Shown in pieces: positions 38,840 to 48,528 of a DNA stretch of 64,000 nucleotides. A program made the position numbers and the translations under genes. Source of the DNA: Candidatus Krumholzibacteriota bacterium (GTDB lineage: Bacteria; Krumholzibacteriota; Krumholzibacteriia; JAJRXK01); contig CAVSGG010000015.1 in assembly GCA_963727455.1 (NCBI GenBank), forward strand, positions 32,001-96,000, read 5' to 3'. Under the pieces are notes generated by a model, which was given only the letters and a program-made list of their open reading frames with translations, was not told the DNA's origin and ran no database searches. Each line of letters begins with the position of its first letter. Positions within the stretch are counted from its first letter, which is position 1.

Positions 38840-41829
38840 CCGATACCCACGCGGAAAAGACGGTGTTGCTGGAACACGCGCGGGTCGTTCACCGGGACGT
38901 AGTCGTTCCGGCCGCTGCCGTCCACGTCGTAGAGGAGCGCCCCGCCGTACTTGCCGGTATCGGTCAGATACTGCGTATACGCAACCTGTGCGTTCGGGGC
39001 GACTGGTGCGACAAACGGCGCCTCCGTCGTCACGACGTCCTGATTGATTAGATTGAGGCCCTGCAGAAAGAGCGTCACTTTTTGGCCATACATGTTCACG
39101 TGTCGCTCGGCCTGCAGACTCAAGTCATACTCGTCCGGATGGCGACGGCTGTTTTCCAGCAGCGGATCAACCTTCTTCTCGAAGCGGAAGATGGGGGTCC
39201 AGGGGAAACCCGTTCCGTAGTCGAAAGTCATGCTGGCGGCCCAGACGTCCGGCTCCTGAACGCGCAGACCCAAGTGCAGACTGTGTCGCCGGTCCCAATC
39301 GAGCGGCAGCTCCTGGTTCGGAATGAACTGCAGGCCCTCGGGATTCGAACCGAAGGTCTGATCGCTAGCAACCCCGTCCGCAAAGGCAAAGGTATAGGCC
39401 AGTTTCATGCTCCAGCGGTTGCTATAGCGTTTATCCAGAGTGAACTCGACGCCGCGCGCGTTTGCGAAGGCTTTGTTCACGAATCGGCGCAGGGTGTTGC
39501 CGGTGGTCTCGTCGGTATATGTAGTGGTGGCGACGAGGCCGTAGATGTCCTTCCAGTACACCACCATCTGGCCAGCCAGGTAGTCGTTGAATTGACGCCG
39601 GATTCCCGCCTGGTAGGCGATGGTCAGCATGGACTGGAGGTTGGGATTCCCCAGCGAGCCCTGGTTCCCAATGGGATCCTGGCTGGCGAAAAGCACGTCG
39701 CGCTCGGGAAACTGGATGAAGCGCCCATAGTGGAAGTGGAAGGCGTCGCGGTCGGTGATGGGAAACGCGAAGCCGATACGTGGGCTGAACGCGGTCTTGT
39801 ATTTCAAAACGTTGCGATCCACGCCTTCATTACTCAGCAGGATGTTCGCGGCGGAGCCCGGAGAGAACATGTCCCAGCGGAAACCGCCATTGACCACCAT
39901 GCCCTCGTGCTCCCAGCGGTCCTGCAGATAGTAGGACGCCTCGGGGTTGAAGCTGTGGAGAACATTCCTGTTGCTACCCTGCGAATACTCCCCGGTGAGT
40001 CGGTCCAGGCGCTCGATCGCCGGTCTAGTCAGACTCTTGTCCCTTAAATCGTTGTAGAGAATTTTGAACCCGCTCTTGATCTTGTGACCCTTGTAGCGAG
40101 TGCTCGTGATGTCGAACTTCGAGGTGTACTGGACCGTCTTCTGGTCACGGAACACGTAGTAGTCGCCCGAGGTCACCAGGAAGGGATTGTCCTGATCGGT
40201 GGCGAAATCGGCGTTGAGCGGATACGAGGGTTGGGTGTCGAAGAAGGTCCCGGGCGCGTCGATTCCTCCGTGATTGAACTCGTACGGCAAGAGATCTCCG
40301 GCCACGGAATTGAAGCGATTGAACTCCAGGCGCGCCAGACGGAGAGTGTAGAAATCGGTGTCGTTGAGTGCGTGCCGCCACACGATCTTCGCCTGCGTAC
40401 TCCAGCGCTTGGACTCCGGCCCGCGATTCGCCGAATTGAAGTCCACGTAGGAGGAGTCCTCCTGCACGGAGGAGAATCGGGACACGGGGTACTGGAAGCC
40501 TTCGAATTGCGGCTGCGCCGCCGCGAGGAAGGTGCTCCCCCTCGTGTCGCGCAGCTGCAGGACCGGCATGGGCTCGTAGAATGTGCCCTCACCACGATCG
40601 ACCGCCACTCGCACCGTGTGCGCCAGACGCTGCATGTTCTGCACCCACGGCCCGTAGTAGACTCGGCGGGTGCGGCCAGTGAAACGGTAGCTCCCGGAAA
40701 CCGATTCGATCTCGGGCATGGTGAGGATCTTCTGGGCGTAACCCTGCACGTCCCAGTTGGGTAGATAGGGATCGCTGCGGGTGAAGTTGGTCGTGATCTC
40801 GGCCGTGACCTTCCGGGCCCCCGCATCGTCGAACTTGTAGGCCAGCTTGAGCGAGCCACGTCCCTGGTTGGTCTGCCGGCGACGCCACTTCCAGAGAGTC
40901 ACCCCGAGCAACTTGACCTCGCTTTCCGGCCGATAGGCGCGGTTGTAGTTCTCGTTGTCCGAGAACGAAAGGTCGCCGTTGACGAAGTAGGTCAGGCGCG
41001 GAATGCCGGTGGGACCGCCGAAGGCAAATTCGAAACGGTCGAAATTGGTATAAGTGCGATCCTGGCGACCAAAATCGTCGGTCAGGTAGCGAAAGCGCGC
41101 CTCGAACTTATCTCCGCCCTCACGCGTGGTGACGTTCACCACTCCGGAGAGCGCATTTCCGTACTCGGGATCCTGTCCGCCGGTAACGGTCTCGACGTTG
41201 GCGACACCGAGGCTGCCCACTCCCATCGACCCTCCGCCAAGGGGGTCATCCACCGCCACGCCGTCGATCCGGAAGGAGAGCTCGCCGGAACGGCCGCCAC
41301 GCACGTAGAGCTCGCCGCCGCGGGCCACGATTCCCGCCTGCTGTGCCACCGCTTCCTCGACCGAGTCCACGGCGTAGTCGGTGAGATCCTCACTGTGTAC
41401 GGTCTGGGTGAACTCGGTCTCCTTCACCTCGACCATGACCGCCTGCCCCTCGACGACGAATTCGTCGAAGGTCTTCACCACGGTAACTTCCAACTTGAAA
41501 TCCAGATTCGTGGACTTGCCGGGCGAAACGGTCACCGGCTGGGTCACCTTCTTGTAGCCGAGGTAGAGAATGCTGATGGTGTAGTTTCCGGCTGGGAGAT
41601 CGCGCAAAAAGAAGCGCCCGCCTCCCAAGGACATGGTTCCCCACTGCGACTTGTCGCTGTCCCGCGTCACCACCACGTTGGCATAGTCCAGAAGTTCTCC
41701 GGTTTTTCCATTGCGAATGGTCCCCGAAATACCCCCCGTCTGCTGTTGTGCGAAAGCGGGAACGGCGCATACCAAGAGTACGAGTGCAAGGACGAGTGAC
41801 GACCCGCGACCGAGAGACCGATGTAACAT
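38827..41829 (-). CDS. TonB-dependent receptor with N-terminal carboxypeptidase-regulatory-like domain
   Basis: AAGGAG RBS, signal peptide ending AFA-Q, TonB-box-like EFVVEG, plug motifs VRGGR and EYGNALSGVVN, SPRIG, GNPNL, C-terminal WQF. Confidence 0.92.
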   Translation of the reverse strand: MLHRSLGRGSSLVLALVLLVCAVPAFAQQQTGGISGTIRNGKTGELLDYANVVVTRDSDKSQWGTMSLGGGRFFLRDLPAGNYTISILYLGYKKVTQPVTVSPGKSTNLDFKLEVTVVKTFDEFVVEGQAVMVEVKETEFTQTVHSEDLTDYAVDSVEEAVAQQAGIVARGGELYVRGGRSGELSFRIDGVAVDDPLGGGSMGVGSLGVANVETVTGGQDPEYGNALSGVVNVTTREGGDKFEARFRYLTDDFGRQDRTYTNFDRFEFAFGGPTGIPRLTYFVNGDLSFSDNENYNRAYRPESEVKLLGVTLWKWRRRQTNQGRGSLKLAYKFDDAGARKVTAEITTNFTRSDPYLPNWDVQGYAQKILTMPEIESVSGSYRFTGRTRRVYYGPWVQNMQRLAHTVRVAVDRGEGTFYEPMPVLQLRDTRGSTFLAAAQPQFEGFQYPVSRFSSVQEDSSYVDFNSANRGPESKRWSTQAKIVWRHALNDTDFYTLRLARLEFNRFNSVAGDLLPYEFNHGGIDAPGTFFDTQPSYPLNADFATDQDNPFLVTSGDYYVFRDQKTVQYTSKFDITSTRYKGHKIKSGFKILYNDLRDKSLTRPAIERLDRLTGEYSQGSNRNVLHSFNPEASYYLQDRWEHEGMVVNGGFRWDMFSPGSAANILLSNEGVDRNVLKYKTAFSPRIGFAFPITDRDAFHFHYGRFIQFPERDVLFASQDPIGNQGSLGNPNLQSMLTIAYQAGIRRQFNDYLAGQMVVYWKDIYGLVATTTYTDETTGNTLRRFVNKAFANARGVEFTLDKRYSNRWSMKLAYTFAFADGVASDQTFGSNPEGLQFIPNQELPLDWDRRHSLHLGLRVQEPDVWAASMTFDYGTGFPWTPIFRFEKKVDPLLENSRRHPDEYDLSLQAERHVNMYGQKVTLFLQGLNLINQDVVTTEAPFVAPVAPNAQVAYTQYLTDTGKYGGALLYDVDGSGRNDYVPVNDPRVFQQHRLFRVGIGWQF

Positions 41830-42148
41830 GACGGTACTCCTTGCTGTTCTCTCGCGAGAGAACAACTCCACAGTCCAGCGTGGGGATGCGCCACACACCC
41901 CAGCACACGACCCATTCAACTCAATAGCGCGTCGCGCGGACGCGCTGACACCCGGGCCGGTGCGGGTGCGAAACACATAGAGCGGGGTTGAACTTGACGA
42001 CACCCCTGATCCGCGACTCCACCTGAAGGATCCGGCTGAGTGGAGCTTCCACCCGTGAATCCCAAGCACGAGCCGGGCACGAAAGGCCCGGCAGGTCCAG
42101 GGGATCAGGAAAAGCCGCGACATCAGGCACCTCTGATGTGACGTGCGA

Positions 42149-42177
42149 AATATACGGGGCGGGTTGAATCGAGTCAA
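42149..42177 (-). promoter_or_regulatory. promoter of the TonB-dependent receptor operon, overlapped by an inverted repeat
   Basis: TTGACT-N17-TATATT; GGGTTGA-N6-TCAACCC at 42161-42180. Confidence 0.65.
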
Positions 42178-42213
42178 CCCCGCGGATGGCGAGCTAAGCT
42201 CTTACAGGACACT

Positions 42214-43224
42214 CTATTGGGAGACTGATGAGGAGGGTGGGGAGTCATAGATCCAACAGGCGACGCGGTGAGACCCTCCATGTGAGGACAGTTCGGGCCG
42301 CAAACGCGCGCATTCGCTCCGGAACTCCGGGCAACGCGGATGAAACGGACACCCGCCGGGACGCTCGCGGACTCCCGGCGCATCCCCCTCGACCGGCGGC
42401 GTCTTTGCGGCCGGACTGCGCTCCAGCCGGGGCGCCGCTGCCAAGAGGGCACGGGTATAGGGGTGCTGCGGCGCGCGGAGCACCTCCTCGGTCCTTCCCT
42501 CCTCGACGATACGGCCCGCGTACATCACGGCCACGCGATGGCTCATGTGTTGCACCACCGACAGGTCGTGTGCGATGAAGAGGTAGCCCAAGGTCCTCTC
42601 CTCCTGCAGCTCCTGAAGCAAATTCAGAATCTGGGCCTGCACGCTCAGATCCAGCGCGGATACCGGCTCGTCGGCAATAACCAGCTCGGGGTTCAAAATG
42701 AGCGCGCGCGCGATCCCCACGCGCTGCCTCTGCCCTCCGCTGAATTCGTGGGGATAGCGCCGCGCATGCTCCGCGGCGAGCCCCACTCTCTGAAGCATCG
42801 ACGCCACCCTCTCCTGCCGCTCACCGGACTCACCCATACCGTGCACGAGGAGCGCCTCGTCGAGCGTCTGACCCACCGTGAGACGCGGATTCAGGCTGCC
42901 GTAGGGATCTTGAAAGACGATCTGCATGTGACGGCGGAAGCGCCGCAACTCACGCCCCGAAAGCGCCCGCACGTCGACCCCGTTGACCTCGATTCTACCG
43001 GCGGTGGCATCGATGAGGCGCAGAATGCAGCGCGCCGTCGTGCTCTTGCCGCAACCCGACTCTCCCACCAGTCCCAGAGTCTCCCCCGCCCTCAAGCTCA
43101 AGTCGATTCCCTCGACCGCGCGCAGTGGCTGGCGCTTCTTGGAGAACAGCGCCCGTCGCGGCTCGAAGTGCTTCGTGAGACCCTTCACCTCGAGCAAGCT
43201 GGCCTTCTCAGCTGGCCTGTGCAT
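42214..43224 (-). CDS. oppF: oligopeptide ABC transporter ATPase
   Basis: [39 protein letters not shown]. Confidence 0.92.
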   Translation of the reverse strand: MHRPAEKASLLEVKGLTKHFEPRRALFSKKRQPLRAVEGIDLSLRAGETLGLVGESGCGKSTTARCILRLIDATAGRIEVNGVDVRALSGRELRRFRRHMQIVFQDPYGSLNPRLTVGQTLDEALLVHGMGESGERQERVASMLQRVGLAAEHARRYPHEFSGGQRQRVGIARALILNPELVIADEPVSALDLSVQAQILNLLQELQEERTLGYLFIAHDLSVVQHMSHRVAVMYAGRIVEEGRTEEVLRAPQHPYTRALLAAAPRLERSPAAKTPPVEGDAPGVRERPGGCPFHPRCPEFRSECARLRPELSSHGGSHRVACWIYDSPPSSSVSQ

Positions 43225-44218
43225 CCGGCCACCTCCCCTCTTGCAGAACCCGCGCGGACTCGAAGCAGGCGGCCTCATGCCCCTCGGCCACCGAGCTCAT
43301 CGGAGGGGATTCGCTGCGGCAACGATCCCGGGCGAAGGGACAGCGCGGGGCGAATCGGCATCCACGCGCTCGCTCCCGTGGATCGGGGACACTCCCGCCG
43401 ATCACGCGCAAACGGCCCGAGGGCAGAGCCGATTCGGGGCGGCAGGCCAGCAGTCCGAGAGTATAGGGATGGGCCGGGCGCGCGAAGATCCGCGCCGCCG
43501 GCCCCACTTCCGCCAGGCGTCCGGCATACATGACCGCCACTTCGTGCGCGCTCTCGGCCAGGACCGCCAAATCGTGGGTGATGTGGAGCAGGCTCATGCC
43601 CAGCTCCGACTGGAGGGATGCCAGAAGCTGCAGGATTTGCTGCTGGATCGTGAGATCGAGCGCGGTGGTCGGCTCGTCGGCGATGAGAAGACGTGGCCGG
43701 CAGGCGATGGCCATGGCGATCATCACGCGCTGCCGCATTCCCCCCGAAAGTTGATGGGGATAGTCGTCTACCCTGCTCGCCGCGTCGGGGATTCCCACCG
43801 CATGGAAGAGCTCGATCGCGCGGCTGCGCGCCGCCTTGCGCGAGAGTCCCTCGTGGAGACGGAGCACTTCGGCCACCTGCTCGCCGCAGGGGTAAACCGG
43901 GTTGAGACTCGTCATGGGCTCCTGGAAGACCATGCCGATTTGCTTGCCCCGAACTTGGCGCAGCTGCGCATCGTTCAGCTGTAGGAGGTCTCTCCCGGCA
44001 AAGAGCACTCTTCCCCGCAGGATTCTTCCCTGGGGCGCGGGCAAGAGGCGCAGAATCGACAGAGCCAGAGCGCTCTTGCCGCAACCCGATTCTCCGACCA
44101 GACCTAGAGTGTTTCCTGCACGCACGCGCAGACTCACGCCATCCACCGCCATCGCCGGCCCATCCTCGCCGAGATAAGCGGTCTGCAGGTCTTGCACTTC
44201 CAGTAGTGTCTCGTTCAT
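43208..44218 (-). CDS. oppD: oligopeptide ABC transporter ATPase
   Basis: [30 protein letters not shown]. Confidence 0.92.
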   Translation of the reverse strand: MNETLLEVQDLQTAYLGEDGPAMAVDGVSLRVRAGNTLGLVGESGCGKSALALSILRLLPAPQGRILRGRVLFAGRDLLQLNDAQLRQVRGKQIGMVFQEPMTSLNPVYPCGEQVAEVLRLHEGLSRKAARSRAIELFHAVGIPDAASRVDDYPHQLSGGMRQRVMIAMAIACRPRLLIADEPTTALDLTIQQQILQLLASLQSELGMSLLHITHDLAVLAESAHEVAVMYAGRLAEVGPAARIFARPAHPYTLGLLACRPESALPSGRLRVIGGSVPDPRERARGCRFAPRCPFARDRCRSESPPMSSVAEGHEAACFESARVLQEGRWPDAQAS

Positions 44219-45246
44219 GGCCTCGAACTCGTTTTCACGATCAGGCGGGGATCGTTGAGATCGCGCAGGCCGTCACCCAAGAGGTTGAATCCGATGACGG
44301 TCGCGGTGATGGCAAGACCAGGAAAGGTCGAGATCCACCAGGCCGTCAAGAGGGTATCGCGGCCCTGGCCGATCAGTTGCCCCCAGCTCACGGCGGGCGG
44401 CTGAACCCCGAGCCCCAAGAAGCTCAGGAAACTCTCGGCCAGAATGGCGTTCCCCACCCGCAGGGTGGCCGCGACGATGACCGGCGCCATGGCCGCCGGT
44501 AGCACGTGCCTAAGAAGCAGGCGCGGACGGGGAATTCCCAGGGCGCTTCCCGCCTCGACGAAGTCCATCCCCTTCACCTGCAACACTCCGCCGCGGACCA
44601 CCCGCGCCACCCCCATCCAGCCAGTGGTGCCCAAAACCAGGACCACCAGCCAGCTCGAGGGAGAGAACACTGCCATCAGGGCGAGGATGAGAAAGAGCCG
44701 CGGGAAGGCGAGCATGAAATCGGTGAATCGCATGAGTACGCTGTCGACCACTCCTCCCAGGAAGCCGGCCGCCGCGCCCACCAAGAGTCCGATCAGAACC
44801 GAAGTCAGCACGCTCGCAACCCCGATGAAGAGCGAAATGCGCGCGCCGAAGACCACCCGGCTGAAGAGGTCCCGACCCAAGAGATCGGTACCCATCAGAT
44901 GCCGCGCCGAGGGTGGCAAAAAGCGGGAGATGACCGGCGTTCCCAGCGCGGTGGGATCGTAGGGGGCGAGCAGAGGAGCCAGGAGTGCGATCAACAGCAG
45001 GAGTGCGATGAGGAGAAGGCCCATGCGAGCGGAGGAGTCTGCCCAGGCTTTGGCCCAAAAGCCGCGTGGGTCGGGCCCGGGAGCGAAGAGCACGATCAGA
45101 GCCAAGAGCAGAGAACACCAGGAGGCGATCGCACCGTCGGCGCCCCTCCCGCTACCAGTCAACCAGCCGTAAGCCATCTGCCCCTTGAGCAGAAGCGGAA
45201 GAAAGATGAGGAACGAAGGCACGATTCTGCGCGCGGCACTTTCCAT
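44215..45246 (-). CDS. oppC: oligopeptide ABC transporter permease
   Basis: GTDLLGRD, ESFLSFLGLG..P..SWG, GDGLRD..DPR. Confidence 0.92.
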   Translation of the reverse strand: MESAARRIVPSFLIFLPLLLKGQMAYGWLTGSGRGADGAIASWCSLLLALIVLFAPGPDPRGFWAKAWADSSARMGLLLIALLLLIALLAPLLAPYDPTALGTPVISRFLPPSARHLMGTDLLGRDLFSRVVFGARISLFIGVASVLTSVLIGLLVGAAAGFLGGVVDSVLMRFTDFMLAFPRLFLILALMAVFSPSSWLVVLVLGTTGWMGVARVVRGGVLQVKGMDFVEAGSALGIPRPRLLLRHVLPAAMAPVIVAATLRVGNAILAESFLSFLGLGVQPPAVSWGQLIGQGRDTLLTAWWISTFPGLAITATVIGFNLLGDGLRDLNDPRLIVKTSSRP

Positions 45247-45247
45247 C

Positions 45248-46213
45248 TCAACCCAACCTGATGCGCGGATCGATGAGTCCGTAAGCGATGTCCGCCAGGA
45301 GATTCCCCACGATGACCATGCTCCCCGAGAGCAGAGTCGTGGCCAAAATCACGGGGTAGTCGCGTCCGAGCAGGGCCTGTACCGCGACTTGACCCATGCC
45401 CGGCCACGAGAAGATGACTTCCACCACGACCGCACCGCTGAGGAGGAAGGGCAGACTCAGGCCTAGAAGGGTGATGAGAGGGATTGCGGCGTTCCGCAGG
45501 GCGTGTTTCATGAGAACCGCGCGCTCACTCAGACCCTTCGCGCGGGCGGTTCGAATGTAGTCTTGCGAGAGGATCTCGAGCATCGAGGAGCGCATATAGC
45601 GCGCGAGTCCGGCCGCCCCGGAAAGACCCAGCACCGCGGCCGGAAGCAGCAGATGCCGGCAGGAGGAGAGCAGCCAGGGCCAGAGCCCCAGCTCGCTCAA
45701 GGTGCCCGCGGCCATTCCCCCCGAGGGCAGCCAGTGGAGCCTCCACACGAAGACCAGCTGCAGCATCAACCCCAGCCAGAAAGAGGGCAGGCTGTAGACG
45801 AGCAGACTGAGAAGGGTCGCTCCTCGCTCACTCGCGCTACCCCGGCGCGCCGCGGACCACACTCCGAGCGTGGTTCCGGCCAAGAGCCACAAAAGGAACG
45901 ACACCACGCTCAGACGGAGAGTGTTGGGGACGGCTTCGGCGATGATTTTTGCCACGGGCCGCTTTTGACGCAGGCTGATCCCGAGGTCCCCGTGAACGAG
46001 TCCCGACAGCCAGGACAGGTACTGCATGGTCACGGGCTCGTCCAGGCCGTAGCGCGTTCTGATCGCTTGCACGTCCTCGGGACGGAAGGAGGGGTCGACG
46101 AGTGCATCGATGGGATCGCCGGGCGCCACCTGCAAGAGCACGAAGGTGAGCGTGACCACACCCCAGAGAAGGAGAATGGAGCCGGTGAGACGCCGTAGGA
46201 CGAATGCTGCCAT
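45248..46213 (-). CDS. oppB: oligopeptide ABC transporter permease
   Basis: PGDP, GDLG.S, YIRTARAKG, RDYP, IDPRI. Confidence 0.92.
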   Translation of the reverse strand: MAAFVLRRLTGSILLLWGVVTLTFVLLQVAPGDPIDALVDPSFRPEDVQAIRTRYGLDEPVTMQYLSWLSGLVHGDLGISLRQKRPVAKIIAEAVPNTLRLSVVSFLLWLLAGTTLGVWSAARRGSASERGATLLSLLVYSLPSFWLGLMLQLVFVWRLHWLPSGGMAAGTLSELGLWPWLLSSCRHLLLPAAVLGLSGAAGLARYMRSSMLEILSQDYIRTARAKGLSERAVLMKHALRNAAIPLITLLGLSLPFLLSGAVVVEVIFSWPGMGQVAVQALLGRDYPVILATTLLSGSMVIVGNLLADIAYGLIDPRIRLG

Positions 46214-46270
46214 GAACATGCCGCAGGGTTGGTGTGCAAGTTTCAAAGTGCAAGCAGTGCGGGCGGACGG

Positions 46271-47065
46271 TCAAGGGAGAATGCTCTCGGAGTTGCCAGC
46301 GGCCCTCGAGCTTGCGGCATGCCGCAGCACGGCTTCCGGATAGGCATCCAGCACCCTCAGCTCGAGCTTCGTCCTCTCCAGCAGCGCCTCTGCGAAGCGG
46401 AACGCGAAGCGCTCGAGAGTCAGGTCCCCGTGACCGAGTTCCTGCAGATTCGTGGTGCGACTCCGCAGACTCTCTTTGCGAGCGGCGCGCTCACTCTCCT
46501 CTCCTGTTCCCATGAAGTCGACGATGGAAAGGTGCTGCGGACCGGTCAAAAGAGAGCCATGCTGCAGGAAAGCGCGTCGAGTCTGCCGAAAGGCGCTGCC
46601 CACCAGCTTGCGGCCTCCGACCGAGATCTCGTGTCCTCGGAGCGAGGCGAAGCAGAGGAAATTCTCGGGGCCGCTCTCCCCGAGTTGGCGCGCGGGGATC
46701 TTCAGCCGGTTCAAAGTCTCCACCAGCACCGAGGCCAAGGAGGCATAGACTTCGCGGAAATTACCGCCGAATCCGGCCAGGCCCAGAGGTCCTGCAACGG
46801 CATAGGTGAACTCACTCCAGTGTAGAACCGCGCCTCCTCCGCTGGGACGTCGCACGAGATCGATCCCGGCCGAGCGCAGGCGTCGGATATCGAGCTCCGC
46901 ATCGGATTGATGGTAGCCCAAAGAGAGCGCGGGAGGATTCCAGCGGTAGACGCGCAGCGTGGGAGACTGCAAATCCCCGTTCTGATAGCTTTTCAAGAGC
47001 GCGCGATCGAGAGCCATGTTGCGCTCGCCGGACAGGACTCCATCGCAGCGCAGGAGAAGCTCCAT
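46271..47065 (-). CDS. lipoate-protein ligase / octanoyltransferase family protein
   Basis: NMALD, LSLGYHQ, RRPSGGGAVLH, KLVGSA, QHGS; follows the gcv genes. Confidence 0.88.
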   Translation of the reverse strand: MELLLRCDGVLSGERNMALDRALLKSYQNGDLQSPTLRVYRWNPPALSLGYHQSDAELDIRRLRSAGIDLVRRPSGGGAVLHWSEFTYAVAGPLGLAGFGGNFREVYASLASVLVETLNRLKIPARQLGESGPENFLCFASLRGHEISVGGRKLVGSAFRQTRRAFLQHGSLLTGPQHLSIVDFMGTGEESERAARKESLRSRTTNLQELGHGDLTLERFAFRFAEALLERTKLELRVLDAYPEAVLRHAASSRAAGNSESILP

Positions 47066-47067
47066 GC

Positions 47068-48528
47068 TCAATCGCAGCTTCCGCCCCAGCACACCTGGGG
47101 AACGCGGTTGGCCCTGGTCTCGTCGAGCCGGCGCACCGGCGTGGATACCGGCGCATCGCGAAGAAGCTGCGGATTCTCGCGCGCCTCTTCCAGGATGGAC
47201 AGCAGGGCCGCAGCGAACGCATCCATCGTATCTTTGGTCTCGGTCTCCGTCGGCTCGATCATGAGAGCTTCCTCGACGACGAGAGGGAAGTAGATCGTGG
47301 GTGAGTGATAGCCGTAATCCAGGAGTCGCTTGGCGAGATCCAGAGTGTGCAACCCCGAGGACTTCAAGCCACGGCCACTTGCGACAAACTCGTGAAGCGT
47401 TCCCTCCGGGTAGTCGATGGGAAGCGCATCTGCAAGAAGGGCCTTCAGGTAGTTCGCGTTCAACACCGCCATCTCACTGGCCCGCTTCAGCCCGTTTCCG
47501 CCGTTGCGCAGGATGTACGCGAGCGCGCGGACCATCACTAGGAAATTGCCATAGCTGCCATGGATGCGCTGGTGAACACCGCCGTCTTGCGGGGCGAGTT
47601 GCCAAACGAATCCCTGGGGCCCACGCAGAGCGCGCGGATAGGGCAAGAAGGGTTCGAGTTCTTCCACCACGCACAGCGGGCCGCAGCCCGGCCCACCGCC
47701 ACCGTGTGGGGTGCTGAAGGTCTTGTGGAGATTCAGGTGCACCATGTCGAAGCCCATGTCCCCCGGGCGCGACTGGCCCATGATGGCATTCATGTTGGCG
47801 CCATCCATGTACATCAGTCCGCCGGCCTCATGCACCAACTCGGAGATTTCATCGATCCGCGGCTCGAAGAGACCGAGCGTGTTCGGGTTGGTAATCATCA
47901 GCGCCGCAAGATCGTCGCCCAGCTTCTCCTTTAGTTTCTCGATCCGCAACTTCCCGTTGGCTTCCGTGCTCACGGACTCCACAGTGAAGCCGACGAGAGT
48001 GGCGCTGGCTGGATTGGTTCCGTGCGCGGAATCGGGAATGAGAACCCTTCTACGATCCTTCTGCCCGCGCGCGAGATGGCACTGGCGCGTGACCATCATT
48101 CCCAACAACTCTCCGTGCGCGCCAGCCGCCGGCTGGAGGCTCACTTCGTCCATTCCCGTGATCTCGGCCAGAACCTCCTTCAGACGTACCATCACTTCCA
48201 GCGCGCCCTGAACCTGCTGCGGATCCTGATGGGGATGGATCTTCGCGAATCCCGGCATCTGTGCGATCTGTTCGTTCACCTTCGGGTTGTACTTCATCGT
48301 GCACGAGCCGAGCGGATAGAGATCGCGGTCGATGTGGTGGTTCTTCACCGAGAGATTCGTGTAGTGTCGCACCACTTCACTCTCGGACAATTGGGGTAGA
48401 TCCAGCACATCTTGTCGGGACAGATCTTCGGGCAAGGGGGCGGCAGGCACATCCAGTTCCGGAGCTTTGTAACTCACCCTTCCTTGCCGCGAGCGCTCGA
48501 AAACCGTGAGAACTTCTTGCTGTTTCAT
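47068..48528 (-). CDS. gcvPB: glycine dehydrogenase subunit 2
   Basis: PLGSCTMKYNP, SAHGTNPAS, NLHKTFSTPHGGGGPG. Confidence 0.97.
   Translation of the reverse strand: MKQQEVLTVFERSRQGRVSYKAPELDVPAAPLPEDLSRQDVLDLPQLSESEVVRHYTNLSVKNHHIDRDLYPLGSCTMKYNPKVNEQIAQMPGFAKIHPHQDPQQVQGALEVMVRLKEVLAEITGMDEVSLQPAAGAHGELLGMMVTRQCHLARGQKDRRRVLIPDSAHGTNPASATLVGFTVESVSTEANGKLRIEKLKEKLGDDLAALMITNPNTLGLFEPRIDEISELVHEAGGLMYMDGANMNAIMGQSRPGDMGFDMVHLNLHKTFSTPHGGGGPGCGPLCVVEELEPFLPYPRALRGPQGFVWQLAPQDGGVHQRIHGSYGNFLVMVRALAYILRNGGNGLKRASEMAVLNANYLKALLADALPIDYPEGTLHEFVASGRGLKSSGLHTLDLAKRLLDYGYHSPTIYFPLVVEEALMIEPTETETKDTMDAFAAALLSILEEARENPQLLRDAPVSTPVRRLDETRANRVPQVCWGGSCD

Noticed and set aside
41830-42177. 116-aa N-terminal extension of the TBDR ORF; also known RNAs (6S, SRP, cobalamin riboswitch, hammerhead)
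   Set aside because: The ORF 'start' is the TTG of the -35 box, while the RBS and signal peptide sit at 41829. No signature of those RNAs was recognised by eye.
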